A stretch of DNA of 64,000 bases from Negativicutes bacterium (lineage in GTDB: Bacteria; Bacillota; JAAYKD01), in NCBI GenBank assembly GCA_021372785.1, contig JAJFTT010000036.1:94029-158028 (forward strand), written 5' to 3'. Below the pieces are notes generated by a model, which ran no database searches, was not told the DNA's origin, and was given only the letters and a program-made list of their open reading frames with translations. A program made the position numbers and the translations under genes. This document shows, in pieces, positions 8,555-17,786 of the stretch (within the stretch, counting starts at the first letter, position 1; each line of letters begins with the position of its first letter).

Positions 8555-10191
8555 CTTGCTATCCTCAAGGCAGTTTCAATTTGCCGCCGCAGAAGCTGTA
8601 ATCGCAGGGCGACCGGAGCGGCCAATACCCCGCTGGCTATCAGCTGATCCAACTCCGGCAGCGTCACCCATTTTGCCTGCTCTGTCTCCCCCGGTTGCAG
8701 CCTGATTTCCTGCAGTGTAATCTCTTTTTGCACCAGAAAGCTATCCATAAAACAACCTTCTTCTTTGTGGCTGCCTAAATAGTGTAATTCTTCCGGCTGA
8801 ACACGGATGCCTGTTTCTTCCTGCAGCTCACGCCCGGCCGCTTGCCGCGCCGTTTCCCCGCTGCGGGCTGCTCCGGCAGTGTTTTCCCAGAAGCCGCCAT
8901 ATTCTTTCTTCTGCAGGCTGCGCAGCGTCAGTAAAATTTGTGCTTGTTTGTTGATAGTCCATACTTCCACCACCTGATGATATACCCCTGCGGGCAGCGG
9001 CAAGCCACGAAATTGTTTCTTGTGCAAGGGCCGGCGCTGTTCATCAAGAAGGTCAAAAATCTCCAAATCATCCAGTGTCCAGATAGTATAAAGCAGCGCA
9101 CATTTTTCACCGGCAGCTTGCTTTTGATAATATGCCGTCAGAATGCTGCCATCCTGACGCTCAACCGAGGACGGATAACCCAAGTCGCCATCCGGCGCTC
9201 CGGCAAAAAGAATATATTCCTTCAGCCAGGTTTCACCATCATCGCAGCTGAGCATGGCGCGTTCTCCGTAAGGTGCTTCGCGGTGACCGTAAACACAAAC
9301 GATAATCCCGCTGGAATGGCGCAGAAGATGCGGCGGCGCGCCGGCTGTGTCCAAACAGACAGGCAAACTCCAGGTTCTGCCGCCATCGTAAGAATCGGTC
9401 TGAAAGAGTGTGAAGGAACCGGATTGTTTTGCATCGGCGGCAGAATCGCTCTCCTGATAACGCAGCATGCCGATAATTTTCCCGCTTGGCAATTCCAAAG
9501 CGTGCGGCTCAAAGAAATGATCCCAACTGACAGCTGGCGGCAGCTCAGGGCCTCCCAAGCAGGACCAACTTTCACCACCATCAGTACTTTCATAAGCCAG
9601 AATTCGGTTCCCGGCTGGACTGTTGATCCCCTTGCCCAGATAGAGGATGCTGCCATTCTGTTTTAGAATCGGACCGTGCGGTGCTGTGACCGCTACTTTT
9701 AATTTTTCACCCCAGGTCAAACCACCGTCTCTGCTCAGACGCAAAAAAGATCCCCAGTCGTCTTTTCGGTTACGAATCAGCGCAGTATAGTCCTGAATCA
9801 GATTATATTCGGCCGGAGAAAGGCAGCTGCGCAGCCGCTGATCGTAAGCTTCGATGTAATGATAAGAATTGCTGAACCAGCTCAGCAACAGCCTCCCCTT
9901 ACCAAGGTTGAGCAGCCCCGCATCGCGGTCATCCATATATGTATCGTTGACAAAGATAGGCCGGCTCCAGGTGAGACCGTCATCTTTACTGAGAAAGAGT
10001 AACGTTTTGCCGAAGGGGCAGATATGATACAGCCGGTGACCGGAGCAGACGAAGGCCAAAGTAGCGGCATCCAGTCTGGCCAGCGTTCCCCAGCCATAAT
10101 AGCCAAAAACATCCTGATTGGAATTGACAATCACACCATATTGCAGCATACAAATACCTCGCCCAACTGAGCCGCCTGGCTCTCGTTTCAC
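8551..10191 (-). CDS. Fusion of a BNR-repeat (sialidase-like beta-propeller) domain and a NUDIX hydrolase domain; no signal peptide
   Basis: The N-terminal ~370 aa carry S-x-D-x-G-x-T-W BNR repeats (SKDDGLTWS, SRDGGLTWG, STDGGESWS, SYDGGRTWS, CDDGETW). The C-terminal ~150 aa carry the Nudix box GFWENTAGAARSGETARQAAGRELQEETGI. There is a 4-bp overlap with the downstream YgjP gene. The start may be the internal MLQYG. Confidence 0.7.
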   Translation of the reverse strand: MKREPGGSVGRGICMLQYGVIVNSNQDVFGYYGWGTLARLDAATLAFVCSGHRLYHICPFGKTLLFLSKDDGLTWSRPIFVNDTYMDDRDAGLLNLGKGRLLLSWFSNSYHYIEAYDQRLRSCLSPAEYNLIQDYTALIRNRKDDWGSFLRLSRDGGLTWGEKLKVAVTAPHGPILKQNGSILYLGKGINSPAGNRILAYESTDGGESWSCLGGPELPPAVSWDHFFEPHALELPSGKIIGMLRYQESDSAADAKQSGSFTLFQTDSYDGGRTWSLPVCLDTAGAPPHLLRHSSGIIVCVYGHREAPYGERAMLSCDDGETWLKEYILFAGAPDGDLGYPSSVERQDGSILTAYYQKQAAGEKCALLYTIWTLDDLEIFDLLDEQRRPLHKKQFRGLPLPAGVYHQVVEVWTINKQAQILLTLRSLQKKEYGGFWENTAGAARSGETARQAAGRELQEETGIRVQPEELHYLGSHKEEGCFMDSFLVQKEITLQEIRLQPGETEQAKWVTLPELDQLIASGVLAAPVALRLQLLRRQIETALRIAR

Positions 10192-10213
10192 TAATAATCA
10201 AACAAGAATTTAC

Positions 10214-10254
10214 AAAGGGACTATTCTCCAAAGCGAAGAATAGTCCCTTTTTTT
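10214..10254. terminator. Bidirectional-type intrinsic terminator
   Basis: Stem gggactattc/gaatagtccc (10 bp) with an 11-nt loop, preceded by an A-run and followed by T7; lies between the lctP operon end and the BNR-NUDIX gene start. Confidence 0.5.
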
Positions 10255-10270
10255 ACTCAGAATTTCGGAA

Positions 10271-10335
10271 AGTGCGGATGGGACGAGGCAACGCTTCGCT
10301 CGGAATCTGTGCCAACACCCCCGTCCCCATGGCTC
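10271..10335. repeat. REP-like palindromic element (copy E), one full unit plus a degenerate inverted partner
   Basis: tgtgccaacacccccgtccccatggctc at 10308-10335 matches the REP family around the RAYT at 52.7 kb; the upstream ggatgggacgaggcaacgc is a degenerate inverted copy. Confidence 0.7.
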
Positions 10336-10382
10336 TGTAAAAAAACGATAGCACAGCGTTACAGCATGGCTATCGTTTCAAG

Positions 10383-10586
10383 TTATTTTTTCACCAGGAT
10401 GGAAAGTACAGCAGCTATGGTAAAAAGTGCAAAGGAACCAGCGATATAAGCAGGCTGATTATTCACACCGCCCAGATAAGCGAAAGCGAAACCAGGCCAA
10501 AACAAAACAAATGCGATCCGCAAAAACAAGACACGGTATCTTTTCCGCCAACTGACGGGAAGGGATTTCTTCTCTTTCTCAGACAT
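10383..10586 (-). CDS. Small two-TM membrane protein downstream of lctP (hypothetical)
   Basis: 67 aa with two hydrophobic helices; 20-nt gap after lctP, so translationally coupled. Confidence 0.45.
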   Translation of the reverse strand: MSEKEKKSLPVSWRKRYRVLFLRIAFVLFWPGFAFAYLGGVNNQPAYIAGSFALFTIAAVLSILVKK

Positions 10587-10606
10587 GATTTTTCTCCTTT
10601 TTGTCG

Positions 10607-12196
10607 CTATATGTAGAAAATATTGGATAGAATCAAGACGAAGATGCCAACGATCAGCGTATTGATCAGACAGTATTTCATCGTTACATTCATAATTTCA
10701 TTCTCTTTGCCATTCATGCCAACATTGGCAGCTCCGGTCATGATGGTGGAGGGTGACATCGAGACGCCCAGTGAACCGCCGACGGATTGCGCTGCTGCCA
10801 TGAGGACTGCGCTCTTGCCAAGCACCAGTGCGGTTTCTTTTTGCAGGACACCAAACATGACATTGGAATTGGTATTGCTGCCGGTAATGAAGGAACCCAG
10901 GACACCGATAAAAGGTGCCATCACCGGATAAAACGCGCCGAAAACCGTTGCCACTCCGCGGGCAATCATATTGGTCATGCCGGAATCACTCATAATCAAG
11001 GCCATCATCACCATCGTGGCGATTCCCACACCGGAAGGGACGTTTTTTTCCACGGTTTTTTTCAGAGAAATCTTCATGATGTTGGGGTTTGCCCCGGTTT
11101 TCAGGACATAAATGACATAACCGAGCAAGGCTGAGAAGAGTAAAATCGGTGCCGGGTGGGAGAAAAACTGAATTTTGGAATATTTACTGGTTGCAGTTAC
11201 AACATAACCCAGGGCTGTCTGCACTTCCGGATAATTCAAGCCCCAATTATAAGCAGACAAGGCGGTTTTGATCGGCTTGAGCTGCGAAAGAACGGAGATC
11301 AGGATCAAAGCGTAATACGGTGAGAAGGCAACGGTAAAACTCATTTTTTGTTTTTCTGCCGCAGCGTTTATTTTGACCTTTCCGGTATCCTTTTTACCGA
11401 GATAAGCCCAGATCATCATTACAACACAGCCTGCCAACCCTGCCATCAGCGTCGCCAGCTGCGGTGTGCCGATATAGACAGTCAGCCAGAGTGTAAAGGA
11501 CATCACAGCACCGGTGCTCAAAATTTGCGGCACACTCTTTTTCACAGCAGACCAGCCGCCGAAAATATGCGCCACACAGAAACCGGTAGCGAAAATCGCT
11601 GCACTGAAGATAATCGCCATCCAGGGACCAATTACTTCACCCGGAATATTCGTCACCAGTTGTATTGAATTATAAGAAGAAGCCATGGAACCGAAAGAAA
11701 TCGACCAGGAATGACCGACCAGACAAGCAGCGACTGCCACCAAGGGCGAAAAACCCATGACGACCATGATCGGCGCCACGACGGCCACCGGAATACCGAA
11801 CCCGGCCAGACCTTGCAGCACAGGCGCAAAACACCAGGCCAATAAAAGGCACTGCAAACGTTGATCATCGGAAATACCGGCGATTTTCTTTCCGATCACC
11901 TGAATGGCACCGGCTCCGTCGGCAATATTATACATAAAAACGGCTCCCCAGATGATCAGCAGGACATATAAGGAAAGACTCATTCCCTTGCTGTTGGCCA
12001 AGGCCATCAAGCGGAAATCCGTGCCAAAAAAGAAATAAGCATCTGCTACGGCAACCAGCCAGGAAATGGCGCCTACTTTGGCTGCTTCCCATTGAAAAAC
12101 TAAAATTCCTGTTACCAAAACCAAGACCGGCAAAATGGCCAGGAACCAATTTGCCAGTGTCAAAGGCATGTTCACGATCGTTTCAATCCCTTTCAC
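10607..12196 (-). CDS. lctP: L-lactate/glycolate permease, LctP family
   Basis: 529 aa polytopic protein with the LctP-family N-terminus and length. The listed start is GTG at 12196; an ATG 27 nt downstream (MPLTLANWF) is an alternative. Confidence 0.8.
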   Translation of the reverse strand: MKGIETIVNMPLTLANWFLAILPVLVLVTGILVFQWEAAKVGAISWLVAVADAYFFFGTDFRLMALANSKGMSLSLYVLLIIWGAVFMYNIADGAGAIQVIGKKIAGISDDQRLQCLLLAWCFAPVLQGLAGFGIPVAVVAPIMVVMGFSPLVAVAACLVGHSWSISFGSMASSYNSIQLVTNIPGEVIGPWMAIIFSAAIFATGFCVAHIFGGWSAVKKSVPQILSTGAVMSFTLWLTVYIGTPQLATLMAGLAGCVVMMIWAYLGKKDTGKVKINAAAEKQKMSFTVAFSPYYALILISVLSQLKPIKTALSAYNWGLNYPEVQTALGYVVTATSKYSKIQFFSHPAPILLFSALLGYVIYVLKTGANPNIMKISLKKTVEKNVPSGVGIATMVMMALIMSDSGMTNMIARGVATVFGAFYPVMAPFIGVLGSFITGSNTNSNVMFGVLQKETALVLGKSAVLMAAAQSVGGSLGVSMSPSTIMTGAANVGMNGKENEIMNVTMKYCLINTLIVGIFVLILSNIFYI

Positions 12197-12212
12197 TGTA
12201 TTTCAACTGCTC

Positions 12213-12301
12213 CATTATAATAGGAATCGCCCTGTTATGCAAGCTTTTCGCCTTGCGAAGAAAGGCTTTCTTACGTGATAACAGGGCGTTTTTCGTTATT
12301 T
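12213..12301 (-). promoter_or_regulatory. lctP promoter (TTGCAT-17-TATAAT) overlapped by a large inverted repeat
   Basis: -10 at 12213-12218 and -35 at 12236-12241 on the minus strand. An 11-bp perfect inverted repeat (cgccctgttat ... ataacagggcg, 12227-12237 and 12277-12287) with a 39-nt spacer that has internal dyads overlaps the -35. On the plus strand the hairpin is followed by tttttcgttatttt. Confidence 0.45.
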
Positions 12302-12556
12302 TAAGTATTCTGTTTTGGGATAATCCGCAAGTCACAAACGGCGCAGCGGAAGGCAGGCGGCAATCTGCTCCGCATTCATTGCACGCATCGATCACCGCTT
12401 CCGTTGCCGATCCGTGAGGGATTCAAACCCTTTCTCTTCGGTTTTTCTGTGGAAAAGCAGCGGCTGGCCATTGCTTGACAAGCCCGTTATCGTTTCCCGG
12501 CCAAATCAGCCAACAGAGAGATCTGTCCGGCGGCTCAGGTGATTCAACCTCAAATT

Positions 12557-13354
12557 TTATCTTTCTCTGATCTTTTTTATGATCAAATAGATTTCGGCCA
12601 GCACAAATACGGCAATACAACCCAGTGTTACAGAAACAACCAGCGGGTAACGGCCGGCAAAGCCGGTTTCACCGGTATGTTTCAGCCAAATGCCAAGATA
12701 AGCCCAAATCATCACCAGGCCATAAGTAAAATCCTGATGCAGCAGCATGGTGAGAACACCAAGCAGCGTGCCGACCGCAAGAAGGATTGCCGTCCATACC
12801 GTCTCTGTCAGACCAAACCCATTCCAGCCTTTGCTGACCAGCAACGTCGTCGCATTGGCGATGGTTGCCACAGTGATCCAGCCAAAATAGACACTGAACG
12901 GTATTTGTATAAAAAATCGTTCTTTTGGGCTCAGTTCTCTTTGCAGGATCATGCGGTTGATCGCAATCAGGCAGCTCAAAATAACCAGCATCAGGATCAT
13001 CGCCGGTGTTATTTGATGATAATGCCAGGCAAAAATCCAGGCGGCGTTCGCCAGCGACGACAAAGAAAAAATAAAGCCGATTTTACCCAGAAAATTCGCT
13101 TGTTCCCTGTTTAAACTATCTTGCAGAAGCCCAAGTTGATAGAGCGTATAGGCTGCCAATAAAAGATAAATCACTCCCCAAATAGCAAAGGTAACCGCGG
13201 CCGGAGCAAAAAGATTGGGGTAAGCATTAGCAACATCACCGGTTGTCTGACCGTTGAATTTCATGATATTTGCCAGGGCGTTGATTACAATCATCAGCAG
13301 AAACGTCGTGCCGACCAAGATACGAATATAACCTTTCACTTTATAATCTCTCAT
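12557..13354 (-). CDS. Polytopic membrane protein, tentatively TspO/MBR-like tryptophan-rich
   Basis: 265 aa with about 7 TM helices; YPNLFAPAAVTFAIWGVIYLLL resembles the TspO PxWxFGPVWTxLY motif, but the protein is longer than TspO. Confidence 0.35.
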   Translation of the reverse strand: MRDYKVKGYIRILVGTTFLLMIVINALANIMKFNGQTTGDVANAYPNLFAPAAVTFAIWGVIYLLLAAYTLYQLGLLQDSLNREQANFLGKIGFIFSLSSLANAAWIFAWHYHQITPAMILMLVILSCLIAINRMILQRELSPKERFFIQIPFSVYFGWITVATIANATTLLVSKGWNGFGLTETVWTAILLAVGTLLGVLTMLLHQDFTYGLVMIWAYLGIWLKHTGETGFAGRYPLVVSVTLGCIAVFVLAEIYLIIKKIRER

Positions 13355-13657
13355 CTCATATCGCTCCTCTGCTTGTTTGCTGCCCTGCCTGTATTCTTTT
13401 TGATTCCATTTTTTACTAAATGATTGGATTACAGTTCTTATTCTCTTCCAAAACTTGTTTTCCTTCCATAGATTTCAAAAAACATACGAACCTCTGCAAG
13501 TTCTGCCAAAGGCACACCACAAGCTTCGCTTCCTGCCGCTGCGGCTACCCCGCCCTAAAATGATTCAAAATCAATCCCGGCAAGCGAGAAAACAGACCTC
13601 CGCAGCGCAGTGGGAGGTCTGTCGGAAAAGTCTTGCCTACCGTTGGCAACGGCGCCG

Positions 13658-15505
13658 TTAAGCTTTTTCCGCCAGGTAGATCGTGTTGATTTCCAGCCGG
13701 TACGTCATAGTGTCCGTACTGAGATCCAGATTGATGTTGATAAAACGGAAAACGAGCAGGATATTCACTTCCGGTGTTTCCAAAACCAAACACATATCCG
13801 CGATGGGAGGAAACACCGGATCGGTTTGACCCGGCGGATAAGCGGCAAGCAAGCGAGCCAGGTAGGTGTTCAGTTTATCTTCCAGAATTAAATTATCATT
13901 CAGTTTGATGCGAAAAACCGGCATGCCGGTTTTTGGTTCGGGACTCCATTGGATGAAGTAATTGCCCCGATCCCCGCTGACGGCAGCCGTCATATTGTCT
14001 TTGCCTTCCGACTGCATCAAAATCGCCCAACGATAGGCACTGACATCCAAAGCTTCGTTTGGCATAATCAGCGACGTACTGAGATAAGTGACCGGCGGAA
14101 AAACTGGTCCCTCGCTGACAAAGGCAGGTTCAAAACCTAACTTCTGTTTAAAAACAGCGCTGTCGCCGAGATCCCTCGCAAACCATGCCGGCAATTGATC
14201 GCTGTTGGTATAGGCAAGAAAATTCACCGCATCGGTAATGGCTTGACGCACTTTCATTTCCGGTAAACTGACTGCCGCCACCAATTCGCCGTTTTGTAAT
14301 AGATCTTCCTGCAGCAAAAGCTTTTCCAAACGGTTGACTTGGGCACTGACCGGCAAGTCGAGATAACCAACCTTCGGCAGGACGGAAAACACAGCGAGAG
14401 CACACAGCAGCACGGCAATGAAATTATGTGAATTCTCTTTTTTCCAGAACAATAAAATAGCTGCAATCGCTGAAAAAATCCAGGTGACGGCAAAGGCATA
14501 CTCTTCCACTTTTAAGCCACTTTCGTTCAAACGCAGGAGCAAAGCCCAGAGTTCAAAAATCAAAATGAGCAGAGCGGCAAGCGGATAGAATTTCCTGTAA
14601 AATTTGGCTATAGCAGATTGCTGACGGGTTACCATGAGATGCAGCCAGATGCCAAAAACAGCATAACCGGTGGCAATCCCGGCAAGCATACTGAATGACG
14701 GCCATGCTCTGGTGAAAATAATCCGCCCGATCCAGGCAAACAGCACTACAGTCAAAGCCATTACAATGGGGATCATGATTCCGCCGAAGAGCAGTTCGAT
14801 GAAACGGGGCTGTTTCTCTGCGATGGTCCGCTGTTCATCCTGCCGATCTTTGCGGAAATCCGGGAAATAACCGGTAAAAATGCTAAAGGTCAAAAACCCT
14901 GCCAGTGTCAGAATATACTGATAAACTTTACCGCTCATTCCCTGATATAAAAGCGCCTGAAAAGCGCGGACGACACCAAAAGCGCCGGCCAGAATCACCA
15001 ATCCGTATAGTAAAGCGATAAAGAAAGCTTTTTCCGTCATAAATAAAGCGCGGTCAAAGCCGGATTTTTCCGGCGGCAAGCCGGCTGTGATGATAAAACC
15101 GACGAGACTGAGCAGGATTCCTGCCGAGACACGGGCGGCAGCCAGCGATGTGATCGTAGCATACCGGGTACCGGCAACTTGCGCTCCGAAAAAATAGAGC
15201 ATGAGAAAGCAAAACAACGTAACGGCAGCGCCGGCTAAATTTGCAGACAGGAACGCTTTGCCGGTATTGAAACGGTTTTGCGCCGCCGTGATCGCCGCTA
15301 AACTAAAAACAGCACCGCATGCAAACGCCCAGTGCAGACAATTGAACAGCAAGTTGTAAGCTTCCTGCGCCGGCCAGTCCAACTGAATGCGGATCATGGT
15401 AACCACGGCAAATCCCAGCGCAGCCAGATTGGCTGCCGGGAAGGTTTTGCAAGCTCTCAGGGCATTACGGAAGACTTGGCTGCCTGATTTCCTGAAAGTA
15501 TTCAT
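13658..15505 (-). CDS. Large polytopic membrane protein with C-terminal extracytoplasmic domain (DUF4153-like, hypothetical)
   Basis: 615 aa; about 11 TM segments in the N-terminal two-thirds, then a ~230-aa soluble domain. Confidence 0.45.
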   Translation of the reverse strand: MNTFRKSGSQVFRNALRACKTFPAANLAALGFAVVTMIRIQLDWPAQEAYNLLFNCLHWAFACGAVFSLAAITAAQNRFNTGKAFLSANLAGAAVTLFCFLMLYFFGAQVAGTRYATITSLAAARVSAGILLSLVGFIITAGLPPEKSGFDRALFMTEKAFFIALLYGLVILAGAFGVVRAFQALLYQGMSGKVYQYILTLAGFLTFSIFTGYFPDFRKDRQDEQRTIAEKQPRFIELLFGGIMIPIVMALTVVLFAWIGRIIFTRAWPSFSMLAGIATGYAVFGIWLHLMVTRQQSAIAKFYRKFYPLAALLILIFELWALLLRLNESGLKVEEYAFAVTWIFSAIAAILLFWKKENSHNFIAVLLCALAVFSVLPKVGYLDLPVSAQVNRLEKLLLQEDLLQNGELVAAVSLPEMKVRQAITDAVNFLAYTNSDQLPAWFARDLGDSAVFKQKLGFEPAFVSEGPVFPPVTYLSTSLIMPNEALDVSAYRWAILMQSEGKDNMTAAVSGDRGNYFIQWSPEPKTGMPVFRIKLNDNLILEDKLNTYLARLLAAYPPGQTDPVFPPIADMCLVLETPEVNILLVFRFININLDLSTDTMTYRLEINTIYLAEKA

Positions 15506-15888
15506 CGTGTACCTCCTTTTTTAAGTTGATTCTTAGGATATTGTTGGTTTTTCAGTGCTTCGATTTGAGGATCGGCTTGAGCTTCCGCCAAATAAGTGCA
15601 TGTTTGCCTGCCGTCTTAAAATGCCGTGACGTCACCCTGCTCGGCACAGCAGAGACAGACACCAACACGGTGACGTTCCCAAGTGAAATCTTCAGAACGA
15701 TTCAGCTTCTTTTTCGTCGTTCCTTTTCCGGTTTTGTTTCGAGCAAAAGGAGCAAGCGGATTCGCTTCGAAAAAGAGATCCTGATCAGTAATTTCGCATT
15801 TCCGCTGAGAATCCTGCCAATCGCAGACTTTATTTTGCTGCCAACCGTTGCAGTAAACAGCGATCCGGCAGCAAGCAGAGCAAGTCTC

Positions 15889-15916
15889 TTGACTTTAAGC
15901 TTAAAAAAGCTATAAT
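15889..15916 (+). promoter_or_regulatory. Sigma-70-like promoter for the yczE-like gene
   Basis: TTGACT-16 nt-TATAAT about 75 nt upstream of ATG 15990; RBS aaggaga 6 nt before the start. Confidence 0.5.
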
Positions 15917-15989
15917 CAACCTGAATCATACCGTCTACTGAGCTGTTCTTGAATTGGCGCCAAATCTGATTTTTCAAAGGAGATCATGA

Positions 15990-16637
15990 ATGAAAAATTA
16001 TCCCGTTCGTTTGCTGCGTCTGGCTTTTGGTTTATTTCTTTACGCGCTCGGCATCGTAGTCACGATGAAAGGCAACATTGGTTATGCACCATGGGATGTT
16101 TTTCACGCCGGCATTGCCAAAACAACCGGCATCAGCATCGGTACCGCTTCGATTTTAGTTGGCATACTGATCGGTGTGCTTACCGCTCTGCTGGGAGAGA
16201 AATTAGGACTTGTTACTCTCGGTAATATGGTTCTCATTGGTTTGATGATGGATCTTTTGCTTGATTGGAACCTGATACCCTTGGCCAACAGTTTCTTCCC
16301 CGGGCTTTTGATGATGATCGCCGGTTTGTTTATTATTGCTTTGGCTTCCTACTTTTACATCGGTTCCGGCTTCGGCGCCGGTCCCAGAGACAGTCTGATG
16401 GTGGCGCTGACGCGGAAAACACAGCTTCCGGTTGGCCTTTGCCGTGCCTCCATCGAATTGCTCGTCCTTCTGATTGGTTGGAAATTGGGTGGTCTGATAG
16501 GACTCGGCACCGTTATTTCCGCTCTCACCGCCGGATTCTGCGTACAAATCACCTTCCACCTGCTCCGGTTTAATGTGGTGACAGTCCGGCATGAAACACT
16601 TTCACAAACCTTTACGGCACTGTTTGGCGGTAAGTAA
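15990..16637 (+). CDS. YczE/YyaS/YitT-family membrane protein
   Basis: 215 aa; N-terminus MKNYPVRLLRLAFGLFLYALGIVVTMKGNIGYAPWDVFHAGIA is typical of the YczE family; 6 TM. Confidence 0.7.
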   Translation: MKNYPVRLLRLAFGLFLYALGIVVTMKGNIGYAPWDVFHAGIAKTTGISIGTASILVGILIGVLTALLGEKLGLVTLGNMVLIGLMMDLLLDWNLIPLANSFFPGLLMMIAGLFIIALASYFYIGSGFGAGPRDSLMVALTRKTQLPVGLCRASIELLVLLIGWKLGGLIGLGTVISALTAGFCVQITFHLLRFNVVTVRHETLSQTFTALFGGK

Positions 16638-16762
16638 GACCGGCAAAGCAAGCCGGGTACAAACGAAAACACGAAAAACAAACGGCCGGCTGTCTTGACA
16701 ATGTGCATACATCAGTCAAGCAGTCGGTCGTTTGTTGATCGATCCTACAGGCGGCAAGCGGA

Positions 16763-17704
16763 TTAATCCTGCGGATGTTCCGCCAAAACCCGCTCGAGGA
16801 AATCCAGTTTTCTTTTACCATATTGTTCTCTGGCAATCCAGGAAGCGTTGCCATGACCGGCAGCATCCACTGCCCAGAATTCTTTCGGTGCGCTGCAGTT
16901 GTCATAGAGTTTTTGCGCCAGTGCCATCGGCACAAAATTGTCCGCACTGCCATGAATCAATAAGGTGGGTGTCTTCGATTTTGCCACTTGCTCAAAAGGC
17001 GTATCCTGCGTGAACGAATAATGGCAGAGCAGCTGACACCATCTTTCCAGCAGCCAAAGATGCATAACTTTGATGTAACCTTTTTTAAATTTCAGCATTC
17101 CCGGCAATAATTCCTGAACCGAAGGATAGGCGCTGTCGCTGATGATGGCTTTCACTTCCGCCGGAAAATCGGCATCCCCGCTCAAAGCGAGCGCGGTGGC
17201 AGCGCCCATGGAAAGTCCGTCCAAGACAAAAACATTCTTACCGGGATCTTTCTTCATCAGAAATCGGATCCAACCAAGAATATCTTTTCTGTCGACACAG
17301 CCCATGCCAATATACTTGCCCTGGCTTTTGCCATGAGAACGCAGATCCGGCAGGAAAACCGTATATCCGCTGCGATAATAAGTCAAAGCATCCTTCATCA
17401 TTGCCTGTGCTTCATCCCGCCAGCCGTGCAGCAGGATAATTGTCACCGGTTTAGCGGAAGCGAGATAATAACCATGCAGTTTAAAACCATCGCTTTTAAT
17501 TTCTAATTCTTCCGGCTGCAGCTGCATAAAATCATTGATCCCTTCTACATAATACTGAGCCATTGCTTTCGTTTGTTCCGGCGTTTTGGCCAGATTGATA
17601 TGTTTATGCGGATTGAGAAACACAGAAGCAAAAATACGGGATGAAAAATAGATCGTCAAAATAGCCGCCGCCACCAGAATAAAGCTAAACAAGTACCACA
17701 GCAT
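16763..17704 (-). CDS. Membrane-anchored alpha/beta-fold hydrolase
   Basis: 313 aa with an N-terminal TM helix, HGW motif and GLSMGA nucleophile elbow. Confidence 0.75.
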   Translation of the reverse strand: MLWYLFSFILVAAAILTIYFSSRIFASVFLNPHKHINLAKTPEQTKAMAQYYVEGINDFMQLQPEELEIKSDGFKLHGYYLASAKPVTIILLHGWRDEAQAMMKDALTYYRSGYTVFLPDLRSHGKSQGKYIGMGCVDRKDILGWIRFLMKKDPGKNVFVLDGLSMGAATALALSGDADFPAEVKAIISDSAYPSVQELLPGMLKFKKGYIKVMHLWLLERWCQLLCHYSFTQDTPFEQVAKSKTPTLLIHGSADNFVPMALAQKLYDNCSAPKEFWAVDAAGHGNASWIAREQYGKRKLDFLERVLAEHPQD

Positions 17705-17786
17705 AGGATAATCCTCCTTAATCGTATGGTTCTTCGTAAAAATGAATCCGCTTGGATTTTTCTATTGAGGTTTTCCTGCTGGTAAT

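Noticed and set aside
12405-12450. tRNA-like T-arm (gagggattcaaaccctt) that might indicate a tRNA gene
   Set aside because: There is no D-arm, anticodon arm or acceptor stem in the flanks. It is better read as a plus-strand hairpin plus T-run (terminator-like).
15634-15643. 10-bp perfect palindrome GTGACGTCAC (CRE-like) in the divergent intergenic region
   Set aside because: An isolated short palindrome with no second copy or clear relation to either promoter. Chance occurrence is plausible.
15702-15977. 91-aa minus-strand ORF in the yczE divergent promoter region
   Set aside because: It overlaps the predicted yczE promoter, has no RBS and a Lys/Leu-rich low-complexity composition.
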